From NCBI GenBank assembly GCA_025201805.1, contig MU619423.1, forward strand, positions 1 to 41,822: DNA of 41,822 nucleotides. Direction: 5' to 3'. The stretch is from Parasitella parasitica NRRL 2501 (taxonomy: Eukaryota > Fungi > Mucoromycota). The notes under the pieces were generated by a model that did no database searches, was not told the origin of the DNA, and saw only the letters and a program-made list of their open reading frames with translations. This document shows positions 23,739 through 35,404 of the stretch, one piece after another; within the stretch, counting starts at the first letter, position 1; each line of letters opens with the position of its first letter. Both the position numbers and the translations under genes were made by a program.

Positions 23739-25038
23739 TATACCACAAAACACTGTAGTGTGCTATTTATTGGCGCGCAAATATCACACACTTTCATTAC
23801 TAGCTAAATAGTGCTCAAAAATCTTCTATGTTATATATTATTAACTTTGACTAGACACCAAATACACTTATACAATATGCCTATTGATTTCTTAAGCTAG
23901 TTGATATAAATTATTTGCTTAGTAGTTTAACGTAAATATGAGGCTAATCAAAATGAAAACGTTGTTGCTTAACTTAAACTTATACGCTCAGAAGCCACTA
24001 TACACATGCTTGCTAATAAATACCAGTTTTCGGTTAAGGAACGAACCATGAGCTTCCTGAATAAAATGGAATAATATGATTTGATATGAATCGATATAGC
24101 TTATATGCTGCTATAAAATATATCGCCAAAAATCACTTTATGAGTTTACGTTTACTAAAGTAATAAATGGCATCGAAGCAAAATCATGCAGCTGGACTAG
24201 TTCACAAGATGTCAATGTTTTATATATACCTCTGATTAAGTTTTATATCTTAACAAAAGCTCGAAACTGATGGAATAACAAATACGTTATACGAATTGCA
24301 AAGAAATAAAGAATAAGAGAGGTTCAATAATATATTCATATAGAGACGATGAATATCTAATGAGCAGCGATTTTTGTTCCATTCGGAAATAATACTTTCA
24401 TTTAGTAAATAGTGCTGATTATTCGATATGTTTTCCAAGATAGATCTCGCTCTACGATTCTTTTGAACAAGCTGGCATCGTTTTATTTTAATAGTATGCT
24501 TTTATTGACTTTTCTCTCTGCTGGGAGAAGTTTAGAGAACTACATAAATACTACAAGTTTATTTATCATATATAAGTACTTGAAGTTGCAATAATTTGAT
24601 AATAGGATCCATCATTTTACGAATATCCACAATTTTGCGGATATATATTGTTAATTTTGAAATCCCATATATATGACTATAAAATATCTGCTAAGGATGT
24701 AATGTTAGTTAACTAGTCGTGATCATACCTTTATTGCATGTGCAAAGTACCACACATAAGGATGGAGCTAATTATTCATTATCATCAAGTGAAATCCAAT
24801 GCAATAAGCAATCTTTTTATCAGGTATATGCGATGCGTATTTACTATCATGAGTTCTCGCATTTTATGATATTTCAAGAACGATAAATCTTATAGATACT
24901 GATCATAGGACGTTTTAAACAGATCAAATTAAGCATCTGGATGTTAAGCCGTTGATCCAGGTACCAGATTTCAGAAATGAATAAAAAGGATCTCGGATAT
25001 CATCCATGATTAACTCTTCCTTTCCCTTTTAGGAGCAA

Positions 25039-25338
25039 ATGCCACAGGCTCAATCTTCTCTGGATGAATCATTGAGAATATCGCTCTTCTCAATGAGTTT
25101 AGTTGCTTTCTTACTTGTAGTACGAGTAATTGAAGCGGATAAAAGCCGAGTTCTTTCCTATGCAATGGCCGCTTTCTATTGTTTGCTTATTACATTGCAA
25201 TTGTCTAGGCTTTCTTCAATGCGACCTTTGAAAAGGTTGACAAAGTTTTTATATTTTATCTCGATTGCTTGTTCATGGTATATCATCATACAAACCTGGA
25301 GAAGCATCGATACCAAAAATAATTACAGTTATATGTAA
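25039..25338 (+). CDS. Orphan ~3-TM small protein, paralog A (99 aa)
   Basis: Intact ORF with hydrophobic segments. Aligns to 27266-27568 (MPQ.Q...D..L; R....(D/E)K...L; YC; T(K/R)..Y...I.C.W), and the flanking DNA is homologous. Confidence 0.7.
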   Translation: MPQAQSSLDESLRISLFSMSLVAFLLVVRVIEADKSRVLSYAMAAFYCLLITLQLSRLSSMRPLKRLTKFLYFISIACSWYIIIQTWRSIDTKNNYSYM

Positions 25339-26184
25339 AAAGCCTGGTACAATATCTTTTTATCTTAATTATCTTTATCTCTTTTGACACCATTTTTTTT
25401 TTTGGAAATCTTTTGAAGACTTCCATTTATTAAGCATTCGTTTCTATAATCATATTAATTAATGCTTCCTTTCCTTTGAAATTTATGTCATGTATATGTA
25501 AACAACCAAAGCTGTGTATCGGTTTTTATGTTTTCAAGTTAGGTTTTCAGTAATATTTAGCCATCTTTATATACGCCCTTTACACCCTTTTGTATGCTCA
25601 ATAATAAATTGCTATTACTCTGCCAAATGCGTTGTAATTATTTCATTTGCGTTTCGCATTTTGTTGGATGCAATAGTTGAAACAATTTAAGACAAGTAAA
25701 AACTGTTATATCTTAATGACTACATTTGGTCCATTCTTACGTATATAAAATAGCAAGAATAATAATCTTGTGTGCTTAATTACAAACACATTTCTTTTTC
25801 TGTTTTTTGGAATCACTGTTACTTGCCGTTTATAATATTCATACCATTCGTTTCTTATAAGTATTGGAATGAAAAGACTTCGCTGGCCATAAAGACAATA
25901 GTATAAGCCAATTTTTTTTTGCTATAAAAGTTCGAGATGTGTTTTACTTGTACTAGTGGAGTTGTCCCCTTTCCCTATGTCTCAAGATAATTTTTTTTTC
26001 TTTGTAATAAAGCCATTCAATACGATATCCTTTAGCTAGTTGTAATTTCAAAATTCAAGCCCGTGTCACTTGATTTATTGTTTTGTGATAGAATAAGCCT
26101 TTCCACAACTACAGTAAAGATAGAATAGTGGCTCCTACCTGCAATTGCCATGTTTTTACCCGAGAGAGTAAGAAAAGCGTGCGA

Positions 26185-27794
26185 ATCTTCTCTTCCTTCA
26201 GCTTTTACTTTAAATGTAATGCAGCTTGAACTTGATAAATTATCCCTTAGAATCGCTGTGTTGTTTAAGCAAAAGTGCATGTCCAAAGCTTTCTAAAGCT
26301 TACCCAAATTCACCAGAAAACCCAATTTACCTCTTGATGCCCAAATACATACTGAGTATAATATATATGTTGATTTGGTCGAAGATTCGGAATTTATATA
26401 TAACTTCAATACAAAGTACGACGAACGCAATAGAGAATAAGCGTTGAGTAGTTTACATATAATATGATAGTTCCATTAGTCATAGAAATCAGACATATAT
26501 TTGAATCTTAGACAGTTATGGGTAATTTTTTTCTTTCGCTTTTCTGATTTTATCACTTACACACATGTACTTGAATGAAGATTCACAAATCCTGCAATTA
26601 ACCCATCTTATCACATGTACTCGTATTAAAATCTCGTCAATCAAAGGGACCAACAATCAAATGTTCACATGGTACATAAAAATTTTACCTACTCCATCAT
26701 AAAAAGCCCAAAGTTGCGCATCATTGTAATCAATCCAGAGAATTCGATAATTACCTGGACTCATAGTGCAATACCGGCATGCAATCTGTGATAATATGCC
26801 ATCAAATTGAATAAGCTGCGTTAATTCTGTTGTGATAGTATTGGATTATATGACTTTTAAAAGCTTTCAATGCTTCACTATATACGTGAGTTCATGATTA
26901 TTTGATATCAAGCTAAATAATTAGTTACAAGGTGAGCAAGCCTGTACTCATATCGCTCATTTTAAAAATTAATGTGGTTCTTAGATGGTCTGATATACCT
27001 CCCACACACTGGTCATTAAGTGGCATTTTTGTGATAAACACATTCTTTTTCTACTCATGATACATGACTCATTTACACCTCAGTAATTAGCCTACGAGTG
27101 ATTGTTAATACTGATCACAAGAAGCCATTTTTTTTTATTTTGGCAGAACAAATCATACATCTTGCATTGGAGCCATTCATCCATGCGTGAGCTTGCAAAA
27201 ATGAATAAAAACGGCCTTGATTCTCATCCATGGTTTAGCTCTTCCCCTCCTCTTTTAGCAACAAAATGCCTCAAGATCAAGCTATCATCGATATTGTACT
27301 TAAAAATATCGCTACGTTTGTAATGATGCTCACTTTGGTTCCTCTCTGGATCACGCGTGATTTCATGCCAGAAAAGGCCCACACTTTGATATTATATCTG
27401 TATTGCGTATCTTTTGTAGGCCTGTTGGTATTATCTTTAGTCCCAAGATTCCCGGCAATTACAAGAGTCAGTTACGTTGCCATTATTGTATGCTTATGGA
27501 AGGCCAATGTTTTATTTTATCAGTATATTATGAGCAACAATGGTAGAATCAGACATGTCCACCAATAAAACCAAGGTGCGACATTTCCACTCATTCGACA
27601 TTCGTTTATTTATGATATATGATACATAATATATGTTGTATGCTTTATGACACATACACTCTCCTTTATTAACATTCCTTAAATCCATGTTACTCTATGC
27701 GTCTGTATGATTTTTAGTGATGCTCAGCAATTTTATCCATGACCTTTATACCTATGCACTGTAATAAAATTGCTATTGTCCACTAAACATGTTG
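26185..27794 (+). repeat. Left arm of a ~1.6-kb inverted duplication (partner 36123-37742)
   Basis: Reverse complement of 36123-37742, with about 16 substitutions and one 10-nt indel seen by eye (~99% identity). Confidence 0.95.
27266..27568 (+). CDS. Orphan ~3-TM small protein, paralog B1 (100 aa)
   Basis: Intact ORF in both repeat arms and homologous to paralog A; ATG context CAAAATG; three hydrophobic stretches. Confidence 0.72.
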   Translation: MPQDQAIIDIVLKNIATFVMMLTLVPLWITRDFMPEKAHTLILYLYCVSFVGLLVLSLVPRFPAITRVSYVAIIVCLWKANVLFYQYIMSNNGRIRHVHQ

Positions 27795-28462
27795 ATAAAC
27801 TCTTTGCTTTACATTTCATCATCAGAGATACAAATTAATACACCACGGATTCTCGGTGATATCATGTTTAATTGTGGTTCTTTTTTACGAAAGCTATTCT
27901 ATACATAAGGCCCTGCTCTAATGTCGAATGGCGAAATGAAAATCAACCTTTCAAAATTTTTGGAAATCCCAAAGCAAAATCTTTATTACTTTAAAGATAA
28001 AAATGATTGTGAAACGTGATCAATGTCAAATGGTAGTGTATAGGAGTAACATGTATTATAAGTGTTGGCATCCACAACAAACTCTATAGTAAACGGCCAT
28101 TCAAATATTTTAGAAGATATTGAGCATTTCTTTGTTCAATTGCTGCTGATGGCCCCAGTGTCATATATCACAACTCAAGAAAAAAACCGTTTATGAAAGA
28201 TATTTTTAGACTATTATTACTCACAAGACAATAAGTCCAACGATTAGTTTGGCATACTATTTAATTAACAAAAACGAAATATCGATTTGATTGATCATGA
28301 TGAACTCAAAGGGGCCATCACTGGGATTTAAACAGCAGTTTGATCTGACACTATCTACCATATGATGACGCAGTGGATAAAGGCAGTGCATTTCCCTTCT
28401 TTATAAGAAATTTTTTTTCCAATCTCTTCCCTATTTTTCTTTTTTCAAGAATAAAGCTAAAA

Positions 28463-29542
28463 ATGGCAGACTACGATAGACCCATTAGTCCCAAGGTACT
28501 ACTTTTTTATGAAACTTCAAAGAGAACAATAATTTATTGTTAAATTAGGATGGATATGAGCAAAGGCCTGTAAAGTCTGAAGAGCAACAGCCTATGGACG
28601 ATGTTCGACATGGACGTTCTCGTTCTCCTCGTTCTCCTCGTTCTCGCTCTCGTTCAAGAAGCCCCAAGCGTGAGGCTCGTAGCACATCGCGTTCTCCTAC
28701 ACGCCGCAGCTCTTCCCGTCGCCATGATTCTCCTGATCGTAGAGATCGCCGTCGTAGTTTATCACGCTCTAGATCCAGGAGTCCTAGAGACCGTAGAGCC
28801 AGAAGAAGAAGGTAATTGACAGGTAAAAGTTTTGATGAACTTGTGTATTTATTGCTATCTAGTCCTCTTTCTCCTCCTCCTCGTCGTCGTCGCAGTGCCA
28901 GTCCCCGTCGTCGCTCGCCCATTCGTGATAGCAGAAGAAAGTATGCAGTTTTTTTTTTTTTTTCCCTCAATATCTGTCAATTTTTACTTATTTACTATTG
29001 TATTTTAGTGAAGCTAATAAGGAATTCCATGGCACCAGAGACGAACCTGAAATATCCAACATTCTCGGTGTGTTTGGATTAAGTTTGCGAACTCGCGAGG
29101 TTGATTTGGAAGAAGTTTTTCGCGAATACGGCACCATTGAAAAGGTGACAATTGTTTATGACCACCGAGTAAGTTGTTTAGGAAACAGTGTAATAATTTA
29201 TATGGATTTATATTGACCTCTTTGTAGAGCAATAGATCAAGAGGTTTTGGTTTTGTTTACTTTAAAGATCAAGGTGAAGCCACTCGTGCTCGTGATGCAT
29301 TGAATGGTATGGACATTGATGACCGCAAAATCCGTGTAGATTATTCTGTCACACATCGTCCTCACACACCTACTCCTGGTGAATATATGGGTGAAAGAAA
29401 ACCTGGTTACGAACGTGAACGTGGCTCTTATAGACATGGAGGCAGAGACGATCGTCGTGGCGGACGTCGCAGAGAACGCTCTCGTTCTCCTCGCAGAAGA
29501 TACTATCGCTCAAGAAGCCGTAGCAGATCTTGGTCTCGTTAA
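28463..29542 (+). CDS. TRA2: Transformer-2-like SR splicing factor (RS-RRM-RS), 5 exons
   Basis: N-terminal RS domain; RRM LGVFGLSLRTRE.DL.EVF..YG.IEKV.IVYD|SNRSRGFGFVYF; Tra2 hallmark RKIRVDYSVTHRPHTPTPGEYMG; C-terminal RS domain. Confidence 0.93.
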
Positions 29543-30588
29543 GAAAAGTTGAAAATACATAACAAGCTCACATACAGAAATTGTTTATTTCTATTGTCTC
29601 TTGAATTATTCTTTTCTTTTTTTATAATATATGAAATTGCGGTGTCTGTCCTCGTTCACAACAAACAATCAAACAATCAAAAACACAGGTCTCTCAATCA
29701 AACACTCAAACCAGAATCAAATCTCTACCTCAAACAATAAAGTGCCTCAAAAAAATACACATAATTTATAAAGCAAGAATTCAAGTTTTTCATTATAAGA
29801 AAAGGGATTTGTTTTCACATGAAGAGCAAGGAGTCAAATACATTACATTTCAATGTGGTCGTTTCAATTCTGTACACTGAAATCTTTCAAAAGGCAAGAT
29901 GTCTATATGAATCTTTGTATACAGATCCGAATTTCAGCAGTTTCCATAGGTGTAGCAAAGGTAAGTCCAGTTATTTATGTTTAATAAAGTAAAGGTGCAC
30001 AATTTGCATAATTTGGTAACATAATGCTCAACCTTCTTTTATTGTGTTACTTGATCTTTTTAATTAAACAGAAAAGAGTTGTTGCAATCTGTGGTCAAAA
30101 ATGAATGAATTGAAATGATTTGGATCAGAAGTAATGTATCTCTTGACTCATGATCTACATAGAAACTAGCTTTCAACATTTTTATCAGCATGTCTCCAAC
30201 AACAACCATCGTATTGAGTTGCCTTGTGATAATGCCTTGCAACCAAAATCCTCATAGTATATAGTAAACACAGGACCTTCAGTCTCTCTCTTAGACCGTG
30301 TAAATTATCCAATAAATACCAACAGTACCTAATGGTATTGTCTCACACAGAAATTATCTTCCACTTCCTGAAGAGCATTCTTTCTAGCAGTGCGGACACA
30401 ATATTATAAGTTATTCAAGATACTAACTATATATACTATTAATACAAAAACTGCAAATGGCCTTCGCTATAGCACTTGGATGATACTATATACACAGTAG
30501 TAACCAATTAATTGGATAAAAGAATGCTATATCCACTCTTTAATTTACATTATATAATAAAATGAAAATCTGTCTAATATATATATAT

Positions 30589-31435
30589 CTAATTGCCCAA
30601 CCCAAAGCCAACAAGTGGTATCCACAACAAAATTGCGCTGATCACAGGGATAGTCAAGTTATCATCCAATCCAAACATTAAATTACTCACACCTTCACTG
30701 AATGCAGCCACGAGACCGCCATAGAGAGCAATGGCAATCAATGGAATTTCAGATGTTGCTGGTGTGTAAGACAAAGGATAACGTGCCAATGGACCAAAAT
30801 ACATGAGTGTCACAAGGGCACCGGTTATCATAGCACCCAAAGACCCGGCTAGGCTTTTGCCACCATATTGCAGTGTATATTTTCCCCATAATTTACCACA
30901 GATACTTGCTGTAGGATCGGTCCAACTAAGATAAATGATGCTCAACGATGCTATATCTTTTGGAAAGTAATAGAGCACAATAACGCAGCCTGTAATTAAT
31001 AAACATGTCAAATCAGTGTTACTATGTGCAGTTGATGTAATAGTGGCAGTGTCCTTACCCAACAGGTAGTATACAACTCCATTGATTCGGTTTTTGATTT
31101 CGGTGGGTCTCATAAGGGGTCCAAGCAAATAACAGTAGAGTTGATTGAACCATTCAAAATTAAATCGCAAGAATTCAGCAGAACCAACGATACACAGAAA
31201 TAACATCAGAATGGGATACACGTCCTGCGTCTCTGTGCCATTCATGTATAGATATAGCACAACAAATCCTGTAATTCTTTGTTTAATTGATTTATTTTTC
31301 GTCGTCATATACCCAGGAAAACTTACCGATGGAGTAGTGGAAAAGTTTGCGAGGTACTTCCCAGCCTCCTTTTACAGGAACATGCGAGTATTTTTTAGCT
31401 AGTTGATCCAACTCTTGTTGAATTTTATCAGACAT
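30589..31435 (-). CDS. DGK1: CTP-dependent diacylglycerol kinase Dgk1 (cytidylyltransferase-like family), 3 exons
   Basis: WEVPRKLFHYSIG, GPLMRPTE...INGVVYYLLG, LSWTDPTASICGK.WG, KSLAGSLGA and GLDDNLTIPVIS. Confidence 0.9.
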
Positions 31436-31656
31436 CTATATAATATAAGATAAAAAAAAAAAAAAGGAGTAAAGAGAAAGAAAGGTGAAAGAAGAATAAA
31501 ATTAATATACCAACATATATAAGCATTACAAAGCTGAAATGACAAGCCAATGCTGGTCTGTCGCTGCAATTGACACACAAAATAAGCTCCGGGTCATTTT
31601 TAGGAGGGGCATCATTACGTCGCATCTTTTCTCTTTACTTGTTTTTACAACGCCAC

Positions 31657-32190
31657 ATGAACAGATTCTTGTCGCTTTCACTCTTTACAAAAGCATTCAC
31701 TAGGCAAAAATTGAATCCAAGACCTAGCAATGGTAGCAATGGTAGCAATGGTAGCAATGATACAGTTTAAAGATACGTGCACATTTGACAAATTCTCATC
31801 GTACAATGCAGCTCGCTTATTTAGCACTCCCATAATTGACAGCAAGACAAATATGGAGGAATCTATGAATAGAATTGAAGAACTATTCAGCGCTGCCAAA
31901 GACGAGGTGAGCTATGCAGATTGATTGGCATTGGACACATGTCTATATTATAGTGGTTTATTAATTGACTATTAAAGCTTGAATTTGCCGAGGAATCTCA
32001 GGGTACTACATACTACCATGAGGATCTCACGACAGCTGAAAAGGCAGTCAGTCAAGTATTGGCAGCATACAACGAGTTCTTGGACACATTGCCATCTGAT
32101 GACATGAGAAACGAGGTCAAAACAAAAGTTGGCATGAAGATGAAGGAATTGAAAATGGCATTTGACTCGCTGCCAGAAGAAGAACATTGA
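31657..32190 (+). CDS. Conserved small putative mitochondrial protein (plant embryogenesis-like/EML1-type family), 3 exons
   Basis: R/S/L-rich presequence-like N-terminus; core IEELFSAAKDE|LEFAEESQGTTYYHED...AV..VL..Y..FL...R.EV..KVGMKMKELK recalls the At1g71730-like family (from memory, not searched). Confidence 0.75.
31725..31759 (+). repeat. 9-bp tandem repeat (GTAGCAATG), ~4 units, across a splice donor
   Basis: TAGCAATG GTAGCAATG GTAGCAATG GTAGCAATG seen directly. Confidence 0.9.
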
Positions 32191-32213
32191 TTTCTTGTCT
32201 TACAGTCTTTTTA

Positions 32214-33119
32214 TTACTTTGCAGTGGGAACATGGCCTGCTTTTAATAAACGCTCTAATCGTGAAATCTCATCGAGTGAAGTAGCTTGTTTGAGCGCCTC
32301 CTACAGTTCATGTGAGTACATGACATTAAAACAAACAAATTTATGGGAAACATACCTTGATCTTCAGTTGCTCACCAGGCGTAAGCCCTACAATGCCACT
32401 GGAGCCATTGTCTAAACCCTCTCCAACTTCAAACGTCTTTGTCTTGTTGTCTACAAGCGATTTGATCAAGTCGTTGTCAGTGCCATCAGATTTGCGGAAT
32501 AGTGCATTGGCTGCTTTCTTTTCAGATAATTTGACCTTGTTGAAATCCAACACACGTAACTGGGGCAATTTGTAAATCAAATAGAGTCGGTAGTGTTCTT
32601 TCTTTGCAACAGGATTATCGAGCAAACTGAGATGTGTCAGTTTTTGACATTCTGCAAGATTCTCCAAGTCTCCCAGTTCGCTAAGGGCGTTGTTAGTCAA
32701 AATAATGGTGTTTACGTTCGGTATGTAGCTAAATAGTCCTGCGTCGATTTTGCTGATACGATTGTTGTTTAACAGCAAATGCTGGAGACGATTCAAACGA
32801 GGGAAATTTCCAAGAACACGCAAATCGTTGTTTGTAAAGTCGATGGCATCGTTTAAATCCTATTCACAATGAGTCAATACTGATCCGGCTTATACGGCTT
32901 ATACTGAATGCATTTTTATTTTTAGTACTTTAGTAACACCCAAATTCTCAATAGCAGGTATCTTTAGATCTATTATATCGAGCAAGTAAGTCTTTCTATC
33001 CCTCCCCATACAGTAAACGCGCGTGCAAACAACAACATACCTCTGAGAACAAGTTCACGATCGCCTAAAGCATTGATTTGTGATACGCTATTTGAAAGTA
33101 AGTCTGCTGTCAACTTCAT
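32214..33119 (-). CDS. LEA1: U2 snRNP protein A' (Lea1/SNRPA1), 4 exons
   Basis: MKLTADLL......NALGDRELVLR|DLKIPAIENLGVTK|DLNDAIDFTNND, LRRs, LRR cap YRLYLIYKLPQLRVLDF, and C-terminal ATSLDEISRLERLLKAG. Confidence 0.96.
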
Positions 33120-33308
33120 CTTTGCAGTTCAGTTCGTATGATAGACGTTGGCGTTGTGTTGAAAAAGAAGTAGAGGTAGAGGGCGGTTTTTTTGGACCAG
33201 TTTCTTTGGCTTCACAAGTGGCTTATTGAAAATGGGGGGCCTCAATGAATTACAGCGTTTAAGCAGCCGCGAAGACGCACACTCCCTTTTCCTCAACACA
33301 TTTACAGT
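33120..33308. promoter_or_regulatory. Probable bidirectional promoter shared by U2A' and cactin
   Basis: Only 189 bp separate the two divergent start codons. Confidence 0.6.
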
Positions 33309-35404
33309 ATGGCATACGATTCGCAAGAAACAAGCGATAGACATAGGTCATCTTCAGATAGACGTAGCAGACGCCGTAGTCGCAGTCAAGATAAGGACAA
33401 GAAAAGAAGGTACATAGTGTTTCCATCTCTACGCTGCTATTTATTTTCTAATGACTGCATGTAGACACCGTGATGATTCAGCAGGCCACCATCGAAGCAG
33501 AAAACATAAAAAAGAGAAAAATAAATACAATAGCAAATATGGCAGCGACAACGAGGACGAGCAGCAAAAGACCGAAAATGGGCAGCTCTCACTGGAGACA
33601 CTGGGCTATTCCAATGTCAACAATCCTTTCAACGACGTCAATCTAGAATCCAAGTTTGTCTGGAACAAAAAGAAACAGCGTGACAAGAAGCAACTGGGAT
33701 TATCAGAAACAGATTTACACAGAAGAGAGCGTGATCGCAAAAGAGAAGCCGACGAAGAATTAGCAAAGCTTAATAAACGAAGAGCAGAACGTGAGAGAGA
33801 AATGGAATTAAGAGAGGAGGAGCAAACTCGCATTCAACGAGACGCTGAGCTGGCTGCCATGGGCGATTGGGAAGCCAAGGAAGAAGAGTTTCATTTGGAA
33901 CAAGCAAAACAGAGAGCTGCAATCCGTATCCGCGATGGTCGTGCCAAGCCAATCGACATTTTGGCCATGAATTTGAGATTAGCTAATGAACCTGATAAAG
34001 TGGAAGACGACGTCGATCTAGAAATTGATTTGGATGAGCCGTATGCTATATTTGAGGTATGCTATATCAAGGGTTTTCGAGAGCCAGCAGCTCCAGGGTG
34101 TTGACATATTATGCTAGGATCTCTCTTTGGCTGATACGGATGAATTGCACAAGGATATCCAAATGTATTTGCAGTTAGAAAAGAATACCAAGACTTTAGA
34201 ATTTTGGCGTGCAATGGCTGTTGTGGCAGAGGATTGTCTTTGTAAAATGCGTGAAAATGAAGAGCGTCTACGGTCTGGCGGCATTGCATTAGCAGTAAAT
34301 CAAGACATTCATCGAGTATTGTCTGGTAAAACTGTATCACAACTTTCAGTCCTGCAAACTCAAATAGAAAGAAAACTAGCCAGCAATGAGCCCATTGATG
34401 TTGAGTACTGGGAGAATTTATTGAAGGAGTTAGTTATATACAAGGCAAAGGCAAGATTAAATGACATGCATCAGGATATCTTGGCAGCTCGACTAGAACA
34501 ACTGCGAAATAAACAACGCGAGGAAGCATTGAAAGTGCAAGAAGAGCTTGAACGAGTCTTGTCTATGCAAGAAAGAGAGGTGCACGGTCAAGGTGTAGTA
34601 GCGGGCGAAGGCATTCAAATGGAGCCGGTGGACGAAGCTTTGACAGAAGCGCAAGATAAACCATTTATCAAAGTAGAAGACCAAGCCAAACAAGGCGGCA
34701 ATTCACTCTTATTGGAGGAGTACAGTCGTGCAATGAGCCCTGAGCCAATGACAAGTCTGAGCAGGGAAGATAGAGAGCTTGAAATTGTAGATCCAATGCA
34801 AGACTTGGCAGAGCTTATGGAAAAACGGCGTGTCGTACTGAATACTGTGATCATCCCTAAACAACCCAAATTAGAGGAAGAAAGCACACAAGTAATTGAG
34901 CAAGTTCGCAACAAGGACGAATCCGTCGCCTCGACTGTCTTGTTTGAACAAGAGGCAGCTAAAGGAGTAGATGAAGACGAAGATTTGTTCAACATTGAAG
35001 CAGAGCTGGGCCAACAAACATACAATTGGCAGGATAAATATAGACCACGTAAACCTCGTTATTTCAACCGAGTTCATACTGGTTATGAATGGAACAAATA
35101 CAATCAGACTCACTATGATTTGGATAATCCCCCTCCCAAGGTTGTTCAAGGCTACAAATTCAACATTTTTTACCCGGATCTCATTGATCTATCAAAAGCG
35201 CCTACTTACTTTATTGATAAAGATCCTGAATCGCCAGATACTGTCTTAATTCGATTCCACGCTGGTCCTCCCTATGAAGATATCGCTTTTCGTATTGTTA
35301 ACCGCGAGTGGGAATACTCTCATAAAAAGGGCTTTAGATGTAGCTTCGACCGAGGGGTTTTATCACTTTGGTTCCACTTTAAGAGACAATTTTATAGAAA
35401 ATAA
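33309..35404 (+). CDS. CACTIN: Cactin (spliceosome-associated factor, Cay1), 3 exons
   Basis: NPFNDVNL...FVW.KK, EEEFHLEQAKQRAAIRIRDGRAKPID, and the C-terminal cactin domain KYRPRKPRYFNRVHTGYEWNKYNQTHYD.DNPPPKVVQGYKFNIFYPDLID. Confidence 0.96.

Noticed and set aside
26226-27323. ORFs 26226-26447 and 27102-27323 (and their copies 37480-37701 and 36604-36825)
   Set aside because: Non-ATG starts; duplicated only because they lie in the repeat arms; no counterpart ORF recognised at paralog A.
9664-31058. Four in-frame, stop-free introns (9664-9732, 11523-11573, 18950-19006, 30990-31058) read through in the ORF track
   Set aside because: Canonical splice signals, and the retained peptides interrupt otherwise continuous protein sequence. 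About four among roughly 45 short introns is near a rough chance expectation.
11135-35249. Long antisense/shadow ORFs (e.g. 11135-11671, 17409-17885, 28545-28970, 34615-35025)
   Set aside because: They mirror real genes with low-complexity codons on the opposite strand; no independent motifs.
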